Origin: Lama glama
Taxonomy: Eukaryota
Assembly: GCA_028534125.1 (NCBI GenBank)
Contig: CM052816.1
Coordinates: 74,092,001-74,156,000 of the forward strand
Length of the DNA: 64,000 bases
Direction: 5' to 3'
Shown: positions 1 through 14,080 of the stretch, piece after piece
Layout: the number at the start of each line of letters is the position of its first letter
Numbering within the stretch: position 1 is the first letter of the stretch
Translations under genes and position numbers: made by a program
Notes under the pieces: model-generated
Databases searched by the model: none
The model's input: only the letters and a program-made list of their open reading frames with translations
Told to the model about the DNA's origin: nothing

Positions 1-1441
1 TATTGAATAATCCTGTTTTTCCTGATGGAAAATGCTAACTTTAGTATGTACTGAATTTACATAAGCACCATATTTTCTGGATTTATGCATCGGTGGTTTG
101 TGTCTACTGTAAGTATTTTAATGACAGTAGATTTAGAATATATTTTAATATCCAGAAAGACTAATCTTCACTCATATCTCTTCTTTTTCAGATTTTCCTG
201 AGGGCATTCTTTTTATTAGCTTGAGATACCGTTCGGCTCTGATTCCCGATTTATTGATTAATTGTATGCAAGTCACTGTACTTCTGTACCTCAGCATCAT
301 AAAAAACTGATGATATTGGGATGAATTTGTATTATTTACTTATATGGAAAGCATGAATGCTAAAAAAGAGAAGTTATAAACTCAAGTCTGGAACGGGAAC
401 TGTAGTGTTAGCCAGGAATGAGAAATTCAGTGAGAGGGAAATTCCCTCCTCTGACTGTAGGTTCTTACTGTTTCCGCTTCGTCCTGTATTCTTAGCTCTG
501 TTTACTTTGGTAGACCTGGTGCCCAACCCCATCGCACATTTAATGAGTATAAATCATGAAACTTCAGAACTAAAAGGGACTGAGCCTGGCTCTCCTAAAA
601 GCCATCTCAGCTGAAAGATGGTCTATCTCGTTTGTAAAGAACACAGGTTTCTGAAATATCATATACTCCCTCTTTCTCACTCTCCCTTGGCTCCTGTTTC
701 AAGCCTTCAAATACATTGGTGATAATATGTTTTTATAACTAACCATCCGTGCTTGAAGGAAAACTCAATACATAATTTTCTGTTTTCTGTAGGGCATAGA
801 AAACAATTCCTTCTGAGAAATGAACATTTAAAATATTATTACCAATTAGACTATAAATATTCAGAAGAGGCCACGGGTACCACCTGTAGATTTCTGTGAT
901 CACACTGGCAAGGTTTTGCCCATGTAATGAAGATCTGTGTGTTCAAATAACCCAATTTCTTGTTCATTCAACACTAAGCGTCTGGCATTTGCTGAGCACT
1001 GAGCTAGGCATTGGGGGTATAACAGTGAGTAAGACAGAGGCCCCGCCTTCACGAGCCCCTCTCTACTGGAGGACAGAGGAGTGCACGTATTTACAGAAGC
1101 ATGAGATAAGTTGACAATACATACTAAAAAGTGACTTCAATGGGCATGCCCTTTGAGAAGTTCTGTTTCTAAGAAACTGATTTAAGAAAATGTTGAGATG
1201 ACTGAACAAAGTGTACAGAACTGATTATCACAGAATTTCCATAACAGTAATAAACACCAGAAAAGGAACACAACCAAACTACCTAAATATCCAGCAACTG
1301 GGGAACTCTAGTAAATAAACTGGCAAAACCACGTAATTGAATACTATTAAACTCTTGCAAGGAACAAAACAATACAGATCGATAGGTTTGCCTCTGGGGG
1401 ACTATTTCTGATCTATTAATGGGAAAAAAGTCACAAAACAG

Positions 1442-1654
1442 AGGGGGGAGGGGCAAGACAGGGGTGTGGGATTAAGAGATACAAACTACTGTATAAAATA
1501 GATAAGCAACAAGGGTATATTGCATAGCACCGGGAATTATAGCCACTATCTAGTAATAACCTTTAATGTAATCTAATCTGTAAAAATACTGAATCACTAT
1601 ACTGCACACCTGGAACTAATATAATATTGTAAGTCAAATATACTTCAACTTTTT
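1442..1654 (+). mobile_element. 5'-truncated L1 3' end with perfect TSD
   Basis: L1 3'UTR motifs (tataaaatagataagcaacaag...tatacttcaa) flanked by an 18-bp direct repeat AAAAAAGTCACAAAACAG at 1424-1441 and 1655-1672. Confidence 0.9.
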
Positions 1655-4600
1655 AAAAAAGTCACAAAACAGGAAGTGTTATATGACTATTTTTGTAAGA
1701 ATAAACTATACTTATAAATTAAAAATTTAAAAGGATATACATCCAAATGTTAAAGAGTTCACATTTGATTGGCTATTTGGTTACATATTATTTTTTATAT
1801 TTTCATATAATATACAATATTCTGACAATATATAAAATGTATTTTATATTTATATAAATATTTTACAAAAAGCATGGGTTTTTTTTTTAAGTCAGAACAA
1901 AGATTTATGAAAATGTAAGATGGTGAATACAGTGACTTCATTCTTTCACACACATGAGTGAAGCACCTCCTGTGTGTCTGGCCTGAGATGCACTCAGGGA
2001 AGGCAAAGCTAATCAGAAGAGTTTCCTGCTTTTAAGGAGCAGCCTGGAAGGCTATGGGTGAGGAAGCAAAGGAGGGCAGGGAGATGCAGAGTGACATTGG
2101 AGCTGTGCCTTAAAGAAGGAGTAGAAATTTTCTAAATGAGACAGAAAAGGCTGGAAAAATAGTCTGGACCAGGGCAACAAGACTGGAGAAGACACAGGAA
2201 GATCAGGGCTGCCGTGGACGGTTGTGCAGTTTGTGCACTGTAGAAGGCTACCTGTTGAGGAAAGAGGAGGGGTGAAAGGCATAGCAGGCTTTGCTTGCCA
2301 AATCATACATACTGGTTGCATCTTCCCAGAGGAAGGGGTACCTCCTTCCCTGAGCCTTTTTAAATAGAGGAAAGGGTCTTTCATTTGTGTCACCACTTTC
2401 TGTTTTTACAGATGTTGAGTCCCAAGGCTGGGTCTACCCAGAGAACGACAGCTTTTCCTGTTTACACATGGTACACTCAGGGCATCAAGGGCCCTGCATA
2501 AGCGAGTCCTGAAATCCTTATTTGGGAAATGATCTTCAGAAGGGCCCTGGCATGTGTTCTCCAGAGCTACTTCAAAGCATGTGATTTGCTTTATATAGTT
2601 AGAGGCATTATTGCAGGATGCTGGCAAATTGTGGAAAGTATTGGAGAAAAAAAAATGTACGTAAAATGTTCAGCTTAACAGCCTGAATATGTATGAAAAG
2701 CCCTTCAAATAACTATGCCCTTTAACTTTGCAGTTCTGCTTTTCAAAATTTATTCTAAAGAATGAACATAAAGGTTTGCATCATATAAGTGAGTCACTGC
2801 AGAACTGTTTATAGCAGTGAAAAAAAATCCACAATCTACAAGCTCAGCGTTTAGAGGTGGGTTCAATAAAGTACAATATGTCAGTGTTACGAAACACTAA
2901 ACCAGGCAGCAGTTTAAAAGACTGGGTGAAATGCCCCTGCTAGGAGAGTCTTAAGCATTGCATGTCTGACTTGGCATTGACTGGACCGGACTGTTAAGTT
3001 TTGCTGAATTATCTGTCCTCCCTGCTATAGGGACTCTGGCTCCTTTGCTCACCATTGGTCTAACACAGCATCATGCATATGGTAGTTTATTTAAGGAATG
3101 AATGACTAGATGTGCATAGAAAGAAGACTGGAGGAATATGCACCAAAGGTTTAGAAAGCTTATTTCTGGATATTTAAACATTTTCCTTCTTTCTACTTTT
3201 TTTCACATGCTCTAAATTTTCTACAGTGGACCCAAAAGAATTTTATAATCAGAAGAGAACAACATACTATCCCTAAAAATTGTAACTCAGAGGCTACATA
3301 AAGTATCTGAAGCCCAGTTTTGAAAAAGACACCCCTGCATGGCTCTTTATATCACTCAGGTTAAAAAAGGTGACTGATGATTCTCATTACCAAAAAATTC
3401 AGGAAAGGAGCCCATGAGACTGCAAATTCTTCTAGGACATTTAAAAGTTGGCATGATTTTCAAAACAGTGCATCTATATACTAATTTTCAGGACAAATCT
3501 TTAAGGGAAATTCACTGGCTTAATTTTATTGTGTGAAAGCTGCACTGTCTAGAAATCTTCATCCCCCTAACCCAAACCAGCCATTTTACCGAAAGCATGG
3601 ATGGCATCAAGTATTTTTATGACAGTCTGAGGTTTACATTTTACTTCTCTTTGCAGTGAAAATAATATGGTTTTTCCTAGTAAAATTAAAAAATATATGT
3701 ATGTATCTTAAAGTTTGCATCCTGGTATTCTTTGCCAAGGACAATGGAAAACAAAACCATACACAATTTTAGATTGTACTCCAACTGTTGCATTCTATGG
3801 CTCTGCCCTCCAACTCTCTCTTCCTAGGTCCCAAAGGCACGCCTTTCCCAAGCTTCTCCTTCTTTTATTTTGTAGAAGCACAGGGAAAAATATGTAAACA
3901 ATCCAGGTTGTTCTACTCTTTTGAAGCTCCTTCCCAGTTAATTCTGGTCCACGTCTGCCTAGTGAACACCCTGCCACACATAGATACACACACCTCATAA
4001 CTGCAGCTTGCATCATGTTCTCTCCAAAAATCTCATCATTCAATTTTGCCCTCACCCAAGGCCGACTAATAAGCTGGTTGATATCAGCTGTGCTTTTTAA
4101 CACCAGTCTGACTTAATGCCCTGCCCCAAGGCTGCCATGCTAATGATAGTAATTTGACAAGTGCAAGCTTTAATGCTCTGGGTTCCACACGCCACGCCAA
4201 CTGTCTTAGGGTAACCTCCACCCAACCCATCATCTCAGCAGTGGCCCCCAGGAAGCAGAGGGGAAGTGCTAATAACCTGTGACAACTCAAGGAGAGGCCC
4301 CTGTGCTTTCCAAGTCCACATTCTGTCCCTGTGCCTTCTTCTTGGAAGCGCATGATGACATTTCCTAGCAGAGGAGACAGGCACACAATGAAAGGGAAGC
4401 TGCCCTGTGACACAGAGCAACAGGTGAGAGTTCTTGAGTTAAGTACACAAGGTCTGTCTAATCCCAGGCTCATCAAAGCCGAGCCCAGCCTTCCGGCTGG
4501 ATTAAAATCACTCCTATTACCCAACAGTCACCCTTCATTTCATCTGAACAGAGGCTTCTTTCTACTGCAGAGAAGCGTCCTCAGGAAGGACCCTTAGGGA

Positions 4601-5089
4601 GGGAACTTCAGGCACAGTGGCAGGCTGGTAAATGAATGTTTTTGCACATGTGTTGTTTCTCTAAATCAAAATAATTTTGTAAATTTTGGTAAATCAAAGT
4701 AATTTTTAAAACATGGCTGATTCAGACTATCATTTTTGCACAGCTTCCCTGACTTGTACCTTCAGAGCACACTGCTTGGTCCAGGGAGGCTATGTGGTCA
4801 TGGCAGGTGCACACAGCTTCATGGGCCTTGGCAGTCATCTCGGCAGACTGTGCTCTATTCCAAGACTTTGACCATGACCCCTTGCTTAGTGGCAGGGTCT
4901 GGAACGGCTGTTGTGCGTGACTGGGTCTTCTCATTCTTTGCCTTGCCCCACGCCCCCAATGCTCCCTTTTCTGATTTTATTGTGACTCCAGTTCCTGGCA
5001 GTGAAACTGGGGCTTGGTTAAGTACCACAACTTGACAGCTGGGGCATGATTCTGACCTCAAGCTCCTGACCTTATAAAGCAGCACTCAC

Positions 5090-5378
5090 TGCCCAATGCA
5101 AGTACAGTGTAAGCGACATAAGTAATTCAGAATTTTCTAAGTAGTCACATTAAAAAGAAACAGATGAAATTAATTTTAATAACAACTTCTTCAACTCAGT
5201 ATATCCAAATATTATCACTTAAGCCTATAATCAATATAAAATTATTAAAGAGATATTTTCTATTTCTTTGTACCAAGTCTTGGCAATCGGGCGTGCATTT
5301 TGCACTTATGGCACATGTGAAGTGGGACTAGATCAAGGGCCACATGTGGACAAGAGGCTACTGTATGAGACACTGCAG
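5090..5378. mobile_element. MER33-like hAT-Charlie DNA transposon fossil
   Basis: Recalled consensus motifs (gaaattaattttaataa...ccaaatattatca). A related copy lies at ~62570-62850. Confidence 0.65.
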
Positions 5379-5816
5379 TCAGAGGAAGCACAGGAGAACT
5401 CTGGAGATCATCCCGCCTGACTTCTTTTTTACAGAAACGTTAAGTACATTTGCTGAGGTTATGCAACAAGTTAGCAGAAAAGGTGGGATTAGAGTCCAAT
5501 TACCCTCAGCCTACCCTGTGGTTTTATTCACAAAGCTGATCAGTAGCACAGCTGGAGTGGAACCCACACCGCCTCTGGCCCGCTCGTACCTGCTCTGGGG
5601 CTCTTTTTCACCAGGCCCAGCCTCGAGGGGACAGGCCCCTCTACCTGTAATAACTTTTCTCCTAAATAAACTAACAGCTTTACTGGAAACACTTTGGCTG
5701 CAGCATGGGGTCAAATTTTTCCATCTTTCCACCAGATAATGTTTTTTTTATGACTTGCCACCTTTGTCCCCAGAAACTGTTTTAACAAGCTACTTAAAAA
5801 CTCTGATTCCTTTATG

Positions 5817-5990
5817 CAATGGTTCTCAATAGAGTTGTCCATCAGAATCACCTATGGAGGCTTTCTAAAAATTCAAATTACTGGTCCCCTACTCCTAAAT
5901 TCTGATTTATAAGGCTGTGGAGGAATTCAAATAGGGAGCTATTTTTCTGAATGGTTCCCAAGTTCTGATGCACACCCCCAACTCACAATG
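5817..5990. mobile_element. MER5A-like DNA transposon fossil
   Basis: caatggttctcaa...catcagaatcacct...ttctgatgca motifs. Confidence 0.6.
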
Positions 5991-6019
5991 ACCTCACCAG
6001 ATGTCAGATCACCAGGGAC

Positions 6020-6238
6020 ATTGCCTGGCGCCCTGGTGGCTGAACGCAGGTCTGGGCTCAAGAGCGAGCCTGATCTCGAGGAAAGAAACAGGAGAACTAG
6101 GTTCTCCAGTACCTCCTAGGGCGGGGCTTTCTGGCTTGCTTTCCTCCTTGCTCTTTCTCTGCACCCAAGGACACTTTTAGCCTCATTTCCTGATCTTACA
6201 GCCTCACCTGCGGTGTGGAGCTGCTGGGGCAGGCAGGC
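6020..6238 (+). promoter_or_regulatory. CCL28: CCL28 proximal promoter / 5'UTR
   Basis: Immediately upstream of the ATG. GC box GGGCGGGG 6119-6126 overlaps NF-kB-like GGGGCTTTCT 6123-6132, and an ETS-like TTCCTG lies at ~6187. No clear TATA box. The TSS cannot be fixed from sequence. Confidence 0.6.
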
Positions 6239-6302
6239 ATGCAGCAGACAGGACTCGCTCTCGTGGCCTTGGCTGCCTGTGTGGCTCTTCATCCCTTGGA
6301 AG
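6239..6302 (+). CDS. CCL28: CCL28 coding exon 1 (signal peptide MQQTGLALVALAACVALHPLE + first base of Ala codon)
   Basis: ATG at 6239. The translation closely resembles the human CCL28 leader (MQQRGLAIVALAVCAALHASE, recalled). Followed by donor AAG|GTGAGT at 6303, phase 1. Confidence 0.97.
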
Positions 6303-9300
6303 GTGAGTTGGGGGCTGGCTATCTAAGCCTCCAGTGGAAGGGGGGGGGCTGCCTTCCAAGATGGAGCTGGAAGGAGCAAAGTACTCTAACAATTAGGGGC
6401 GTGAATTTCCAAATATCTACACAAGAATGGCATAGGTTTGAATTCCTCATCTCCAAGAGGCAATTTCAGGAAGGAACCTCATTTAAACAGGAATATCAGT
6501 AATTTGCCACCAGAAGGATCAGATTCCTCCACACCAGTGCAACTTTGAGCAGTGATTCCTTTTCTGATGACAGTGTTTTAGAAAATCCCCAGGTAGAGGT
6601 TGGAGGAAAGCCCCTATTATTCAACTGTCTCCCCCTTCACCCTGACCAGCTAAACTGTCCGAATACAAACGTGCATGTTCCTGAAGAAAGACAGACTTGC
6701 CCTTCTGGTTTATGGCTTGGTAAGTTGCAAGCTTTCTGAACAAAGTCAGCCGTGTGGGTACTGATAACCAAAACTTCAATCTGATCTTAAAATAGAGACA
6801 CAGGATAAGAGACTGAAGCACACAAATTACATCAAAGAGAACTTCAGTTATGAGCTGCTAGCATAGATATGGAGATTATAACTGCACTTGGACTGGAGGC
6901 AATCTTTTCTAATTTTTTAAGGAAACCCTAAATATAGGTATTTAATACCTGACTGATTTGACTTTTCTTTTCTGAAACTTTACCCTGAATGGGATTCTCT
7001 AAATTCAGAACAGAGGTGAAACGTAAGTTTTGTTTGATCTGCTTTTATAAAAATTAAGCCAACATTTTTAAATTGACAGATTTCATATACACATACTAAT
7101 AAACACACATACATAATTGGATTGTAGAGCTTCTGTTGAAAAATCAGAGCTGGCAAAACTGGTTCCACATTTCCTGGCAAGAATTAGAGCTGACTAGCCT
7201 CAGTCTTTCTCTGGAGCTGGCTATCACCTTATCTACTGCCTGGTTCCTGTAGGCATTTGCTTAGGGACCCCATTAAAGTGCCCGATGCACTGGGCTTGCA
7301 TTACTGTGCACAGGAAACATCTGGATAAAATGAAAAAAAAGTTTGTCATTGTATATGTTTCTGTAAATTTTCAAAGAATTTCACTATTGAAATTTTAGGA
7401 ATCACATCCATTGTTTCCCAAAAGTCCACCTGCTAAGGCTTTACTCCTAGTTTTGGAAATGCAATTCTTTTTCCATAAAGCTTTGAAGTAAAGGTGCATA
7501 CATCTCCCACTTCGGCTTCCTGGCCTGTTTCCAGCTGTCCCTGCAGCAGCAGCAGCAGCAGCCCTCCTACAGGAGAGGGAAGGAAGGGCAGGCGGAGCGG
7601 GTAGGGGAATGAGGGAAGCCCTGGCAGACCCACAGCCAAGGTTTCCAAGGAACTGAGTTCTGGCAGAAAGGGTGGGACAGCAAAACACAAAGGTGTATGA
7701 AAAGGAGCAGCTGGTGACGATAAGAAAGAGAACTGAGAAGACCCAAGAGTAACTTTCTGGGTTAGTCTTGGGGCTTTTCCTAAGGCAGTTTGGGTCATAG
7801 GAAAATCACATTGTCTGAGAAGTGCAACTTTCTGCCATTTAAAAATAAGTGATGTCGGGGTAAAGATACATGAGAGTAAGCCTAAGAACAGTCATGGAAC
7901 TGAGAGAGCAAACCCCACTGCTTTCCGTAGCAAACTTCCATTCAAGTGTCTGTGTATCTCGGGTGCCCTGTAGGAGGCTACCTGGGATTCAGGCTGGGGG
8001 GACAGTCAGGCTTGGAAGGAGGGAGGTAAATACTGAGGAGTGCAGGGAAGGAAGTATAGGTGGCCTTGGCAATTGTCTTGGGCTGGGGGAGGGGATAGGG
8101 GAATGGCCCATGCCAGTTTGGGACCGTGGGAAATACATTTTGTTTTTCTAGACATTAAATGTTCCATTAGCTTAATGTTGCCTGAAGTGGCCATCTTGAT
8201 GTGATGGCTCAGTGATTGGCATTTCCAAAATGTTCCGCATAAACCAGGAAGCAGTTGACTTACCCATAATTAAAAACCCTGGATTCTACCTGAAGATAGG
8301 GCATACTCCATACCTGTTGATGTGGCTGCTGGCTCCCAGAACTCAGTTGAGTCCATAAAAATGTCTATCATGCAGCAGCCAAGAGCCAGATTACTTAAAG
8401 CCACAATCTAGGGCTTTGTGGGCCTTGCTGTTTTTATTATACATTAACGACTAAGGGTCCATTTTTGTCCAGCAGACACAAGTTGGAGGATTTTGCTTCA
8501 CTGAGTCCCAGATTGGCTTCCTCTGACAACCCACTTTCTCATAGTAGGATAGCTCCTAATTAGATACTTGCTAGGGACTGGCTGTTTGCATCCTAATAGA
8601 AAACATCTTTTGTTTTAATCATAGGAGACTCACTAAAGAGAGTTGCCAAAAATATACATTTGGACTTGAAAGTTGTTCTGCACAGTGGGGCTCTCCACTT
8701 CACCAGGAGTAGTTCCCAAGAGGTCAGACATGATGTACTCAGTAAATGTGCCCTTCAGTTTCTCTCCAAGTGTGCCCTTTAATTAAAACAACAGGTCCTG
8801 CATTCCCTGAGTTCAATGACATTGTTGGATTAAGTGTCTAAATTTTATTAAAAAATCCAATCATATCTTTAATGTAGTTCAGGGTGTTTTTTCTTAAAAT
8901 ATCCTTTTCTGTGTCTAGAGAAACAGAGTGATATAATAGCAATTTTCTCAAATTTCAGTTATATGCAGGTCCCTTTATTGGAAAACATTCTTATTCTCAA
9001 TGATGATTCCTAAATTATTTCACTACATCACTTGATGTATAAGCATAAAACTAGGTATAAAACCCTTGTGAATATACCTCTTCTGCAATTATAAAGCCAA
9101 AATAAATTTTAAGTAAAAATACAACTACAAAGCCAAGATTTAAATGTAACAATATTAATTTAATGTAACAGTTAATGTTTGGCCCAAACTAAAATCACCA
9201 TTCCAAACACAAATATAGCACTGATACTTGAAGCGAAGATTTCGAGCTTTATGTGCATAAACTACCCTGTTCCAAATAAGAAGTGTTTTTCCACCACCTT

Positions 9301-9751
9301 TTTCTATTGAACCATGATGGTATAATTTGCCCCTCCCCCTTAGGACACAACCCATCTTGAAATTCCTCCCTGTTCTCTTCTGATCGATGTGGGACAATTA
9401 AGGTAGTATCCGACTTGGTAACAGCACTAGCATAAACCTAAAGCAAAATTCAAATCTCCTGCAAGTGCTCCTTTAAGATGGTCTTCCAGAAGGTCCAGAC
9501 CATGCATGTCTATTTAAAGATGATCACTGAGATGACATTAAATTTAGGCATTGTCTGTACAGCTCATGGACCCTGAGAACACATCTAAGAGCCCCTCCCA
9601 GAGGTCAATGAAGCCCAGTTTAAGAGATGCTGGGATACTGGAAAGAGTCTGGACTTTGGACTCCAAAAGGCCAAGTCAGAATTCTAACCATATGAACTTG
9701 GGGAACTGCTTAGCCACACATAGCCACAAAGATTTTTAAAAATAGGACCAG

Positions 9752-10718
9752 AAAAGGGTTCCCGGACCCAATTTCACCGTGTTTGTGTGTATACGTTTCG
9801 CCACACCAAAAAACAAAATTGAACTCACTATTCTGACACTATCTACCCAGAGACAGACTGAGCTTCCACAAGGAAAGGGCTCAGCCCCACAACACTGACC
9901 CCCACTTCAGATGCCAGTAGCAAGCCCAGGTTGTTATCTGTGCGTCTGACCAACCAGCTACAAATGGGAGGTAGGTTCCAAAGATTCCCCTCCTTGGGTT
10001 CGATCAATTTATTAGAATGGCTCAGAGAACTTAGAAAAACCTGTTTTCTCTCTAGATTACTGATTTATTACAAAGAAAACAAATCAACAGCTAGACAAAG
10101 AGATACACAGGGCAAGGTCCCTCAAGGAGCTTCTGTCCTTGAGGATCTTGGGGCCCAGACTGGTGGCATGTTGGAAGCATGCTGGTTCTCCAGTGTGGAA
10201 GCTTCTAAATCCATCCCCTGCTTTTTTTTTTTTTTTTCTGCTTTTTGTGGAGGCTTCATCACGTACACATGATTGATTAACTCCTTGGCCATTGGTGACT
10301 GATTCAACCTCCAGCCCTTCTTTCCTTCCTGGAAATCAGGGGGTGGGACTACAAGTTCTAACCCTCTATTCATGGTTGGTTGCCCTGGTGACCAGGCCAC
10401 ATCCTTAGGTGCTTTGCAAAAGTTACCTTCATTAACATAAACCAAGATGTGGTAGAAAGGGCTTGTTATGAATAACGACACCTGTTTCACCTTTATGACT
10501 TTGAAGTGTTTTCAGGAACTGAAGATAAGAAACCAAATGATGCTTCCATTGCTCTTATCACTCAGGAAATTCCAAGAGTTTTGGGAGCTGTGAGCCAGGA
10601 ACTCACATATATTTGAGGATCAAACATATTGAAAAATATACTTGGTCATCTGAATGAGCTATATTTCAGCCATCTGAATGTCAAAATATATATATTTCTT
10701 ATAAACTGCAAAATCACA
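9752..10718 (-). mobile_element. MER21-like solo LTR in CCL28 intron 1
   Basis: Motifs such as ttctgacactatctacc and cccccacttcagatgcc, terminus ...aaatcaca. A related opposite-orientation copy lies at 56596-57435. Confidence 0.75.
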
Positions 10719-10980
10719 GACCAGGATCTACATATTGTTTTACTTACATTTTTTTCCACTTAAACATAGGTAACAGTGTATCTGTTCAACACACAGTCAT
10801 TTCTTAAAAGTTTGCATCATTCATCTTAACAGACAACAAATAACTTCCTGGAACAATTTGGAACATTAAAGTTTCATCCATTATCAATCAGAGTCCAATC
10901 AAGGGACAGAAACCAGACAATAATTTGAACAGAGAATTAACACAACTAATTATCAACTATAACAAGAGATAGGCTAGAAA

Positions 10981-11600
10981 TGTTACTGGAGAGTAGGTTC
11001 TCATTCTGCAGAAAGAACTCGGAGACAAGACACAGAGGTCAAGAAAGTAAAGTGAGGATTTATTAAGTGATAGTATGCTTTCAAGGGGAGAGCAGGCAGA
11101 CTTAGGTGAGTAGCTGTGCTGAGTTTCTTTGGCAAGCTGGTTATATGGGGTGTGAAAATGAACAGGTGGAATATTCACTGGAGAGAGAGGGGTCTAGGGT
11201 CATATTTTCTGATTTCCATCCCAGCTCCACCTTCCAGAGGGGAGGAGGGATTTTTATTCTTATTTAGTCTTGATCAGAAGTGTCATGACATCGGTGCATG
11301 ATGGGAACTTCTGACCTGCAAGGGTAATTTTATTGGAATGACTGTAATAATGGCATAAGCAAAAGGTTACATTCAGAGGGCATAAGAGGTTACATTCAGA
11401 CACCAGAGATGCCTGACTTATGCCACCTTTCTTTATCTGCCTCCAGGACACTTATCTACCCAAAATGTGTCATTTCTTATCAGTCCAGAGGTTCCTGCTT
11501 TGGTCTGCCCAAGGACCCCCATTATTCACAAGATGTATGGGCCATTTAGCCCATGCCCCACTTTCTCTGCTCATATCTAGCTATCTGTCTACTCAAAACA
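10981..11600 (-). mobile_element. ERV1-type solo LTR with 4-bp TSD
   Basis: TG...CA termini (tgttactgg...caaaaca), TSD GAAA on both sides, minus-strand AATAAA near 11059. Confidence 0.85.
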
Positions 11601-13578
11601 GAAAGAAGAGGACAGGAAAGAATATAGGAATAGCAGATATTCCTACGGCAAAATAAGAGTATTTAAGGAAGAGATCCCACACCCCTTCCCTGACCAGCTG
11701 TGATCCAGACCTTGTCGGGGAAGGCACAGACATGGCTCACTGAATGACCAAACACAAAACACCAATTCAGTCTGCCCTACAGTTTGCAGGGGAAAGTTCT
11801 TCACAGGGAAGGGGGAGTATGCTTTCTAAAAGAAGAATTTCAAGGATGGGGCAGCCTGGCTCTTCACCTAGTTGTGCAGCTGGCAACACGTTTATTCTTT
11901 AAAATGGATGCCTTGGCAATCAAAAGCTTAATGCCAGGCACTTACATTACAATCAAAAAAGCTGATTGGCAGGTACTTACACTACAAGGGTCCATCTTAA
12001 CTTCATAAAACAGGCAATTAAAGGTGAATTTGAAGCTTAGGAGCAATAAATTGAAAAAAGGACACATTCCACAGTGACACCTGGAGCTGGTACTTTGCTG
12101 TATGTATACTGACCTCCAGGTGATGTCTTTTTTGTTTCCACGTATTGTTCACTATGTCACCCCTGTTCTAAGCACGTATGTGTATAAACTCATACAAGCC
12201 TCACAACAACCCTATGAGGCAGGTGCTATTACTATCCCCAAACTGCAGATAAAGAAACTGAGATACAGAGAAGTAACGCACCCAACATCAGCTAGTAAGT
12301 GGCAGGGCCAGGACTTGAACCTGGTAGTCTGTCTCCACACGCCTAGTGACTGTGCAGTAATGCCTGTCAGCATGTCTCTGGAACAAAATTATCCAACCCC
12401 CTTCAAGACTATCCCCTGACCACTCCAGTATCCATGCTGTGAGAAGTACTGGGGAACAAATGTCTTCAGATTAACTAAAGAAAAACCCTTATTCATTCTC
12501 CATTACCCAGAGCTCAGATCAGTTTAAGTGACACTGAACACTAACGCCAGGCACTGTGCTATGGGGCATGGGTACAAAGATATCCCAAGGGAGTTCACAG
12601 TCAAGAGACATAGTCGAATAAACCCTTAACTTTACACATGGTAGAGACAGGAAAGCACAGAGTGCTGCAAGAACACAGATTCATGTAGGGAAAGGGCAAG
12701 GCTGGGAGAAAGGAGCCAAGTGGGAAGCTCAGTAGGGCAGGAGCAAACTGATGAGGTCTTGAACTTGGGCAGCGGGAACAGGGATGAGAAAGGGGAGACA
12801 AAGATAAGAAATGTTCAGGGAGTGAATTTTAACAGGAGTTTGTGACTGGCTGTGGGAGTGCAGAAGGAGGAAGGAATGACCATGGGTTTCTGGCTTGGGT
12901 AACTATAAATAATGGGTAAATGAGATGAGAAAAGGAAAAGGAGTAAATTTAAAGTCGCAAGAGATAACACCCTCAGTTGGATACAGAGGGATGACTATAT
13001 TAGCAGAATTAGTGTCTTGTAAACCAGGGATACTGTAAATTTTTGGAAGGAATGGTTAACAATGTTACATGCAGCAGGGAGGTATTTTGAGATAATGTTA
13101 AGAAAACAGCTGCTACTGTAGGGACCCAGCGGACAGGTGCCATGACTTACTAATTTTTGTATACTTAGCACAGGGAACAATGATACAAGGCAGGCGCTCA
13201 ATAAATGCTTATGGACTTTACTGATGTAATAATCACTTTCACTAGTAAAATAATACTCTTACTCAAATGATTCAAATACAAAAACGTTTGTTGAGATACT
13301 GTTGCTACTTTCCCAAGAAAGTTTTTTCTTAACCTTACAAAGCCTAAGTTTTCAGTTAAAAAAAATTAACAAAGGAAATGTAAAAAATTTACCAACACTA
13401 GGGGGGAAAAGCAAAGAAAAAGAATAACAAAACGAAACAAAGTAAGGTGGATAAAAAATTTAACCAAAAATTTAGTGTCACACTATTAATACCAGAAAAA
13501 AACAATACGAAAGGTCTGTAACAGCACCAGCGGAATCTTAAAGGAAAGATGAATATGATCAATTCACCAAAGTTCATC

Positions 13579-13812
13579 CAGGGCTGAGCACAGGCTGAGG
13601 CAAGTGATGCGACCAAGGTGAGTCGTGCAACTGCAGGGTCGGATTTTGTTTTTATTTAAAACTGCAGTATTTTATTTACTATAGAATTTTTTGTTGTAAT
13701 TCTTATTTTTAAAAGTATTGCATTAAAATGTGATTCATCTTGATTACTGAATTTTTTGGTGCCCCTTTAAATTTGGCACCTGAGGCTAGTCCTTCTACTC
13801 CAATCCCGGGAA
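13579..13812. mobile_element. MER96B-like hAT fossil
   Basis: gagtcgtgcaactgcagggtcggat and ttttggtgcccctttaaatttggcacctgagg resemble the recalled MER96B consensus. Confidence 0.6.
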
Positions 13813-13959
13813 GGACGAGGAAGATACTCGTATGCGTTAGAAAATATAACCCCAAGTGATATACTGTAAAAGTGAACAGACTGACAAGAAAAAAATCTGA
13901 CACAATCTCAACAATAGTATAAGGTTTTTTACGTACGCGCATCAGAAACTGACCAATCA

Positions 13960-14080
13960 AGGAAGTAGGGTATAGCTCAGTGGTAGAGTGCACGCTTAGC
14001 ATGCTCGAGGTCCTGAATTCAAGCCCCAGTACCTCCATTAAAAAAGCAAAGAACCTAATGCCCTCTCCACCCCCGCCAAA
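13960..14080 (+). mobile_element. Camelid Vic-1-like tRNA-derived SINE
   Basis: A box tagctcagtgg, B-box-like aattcaagccc, A-rich tail. 16-bp TSD AGAAACTGA[C/G]CAATCA at 13944-13959 and 14081-14096. Confidence 0.88.

Noticed and set aside
6303..6502. ORF 6215-6502 continuing past the signal peptide
   Set aside because: Similarity to CCL28 ends exactly at the GTGAGT donor (6303). The remainder is intron read-through.
7395..7798. Minus-strand ORFs with poly-Ala / poly-Leu
   Set aside because: Produced by the short CAG run. No recognisable protein or exon structure.
13960..14040. tRNA-like sequence with A and B boxes
   Set aside because: Has an A-rich tail, a TSD and five similar copies in the window, so it is a SINE rather than a tRNA gene.
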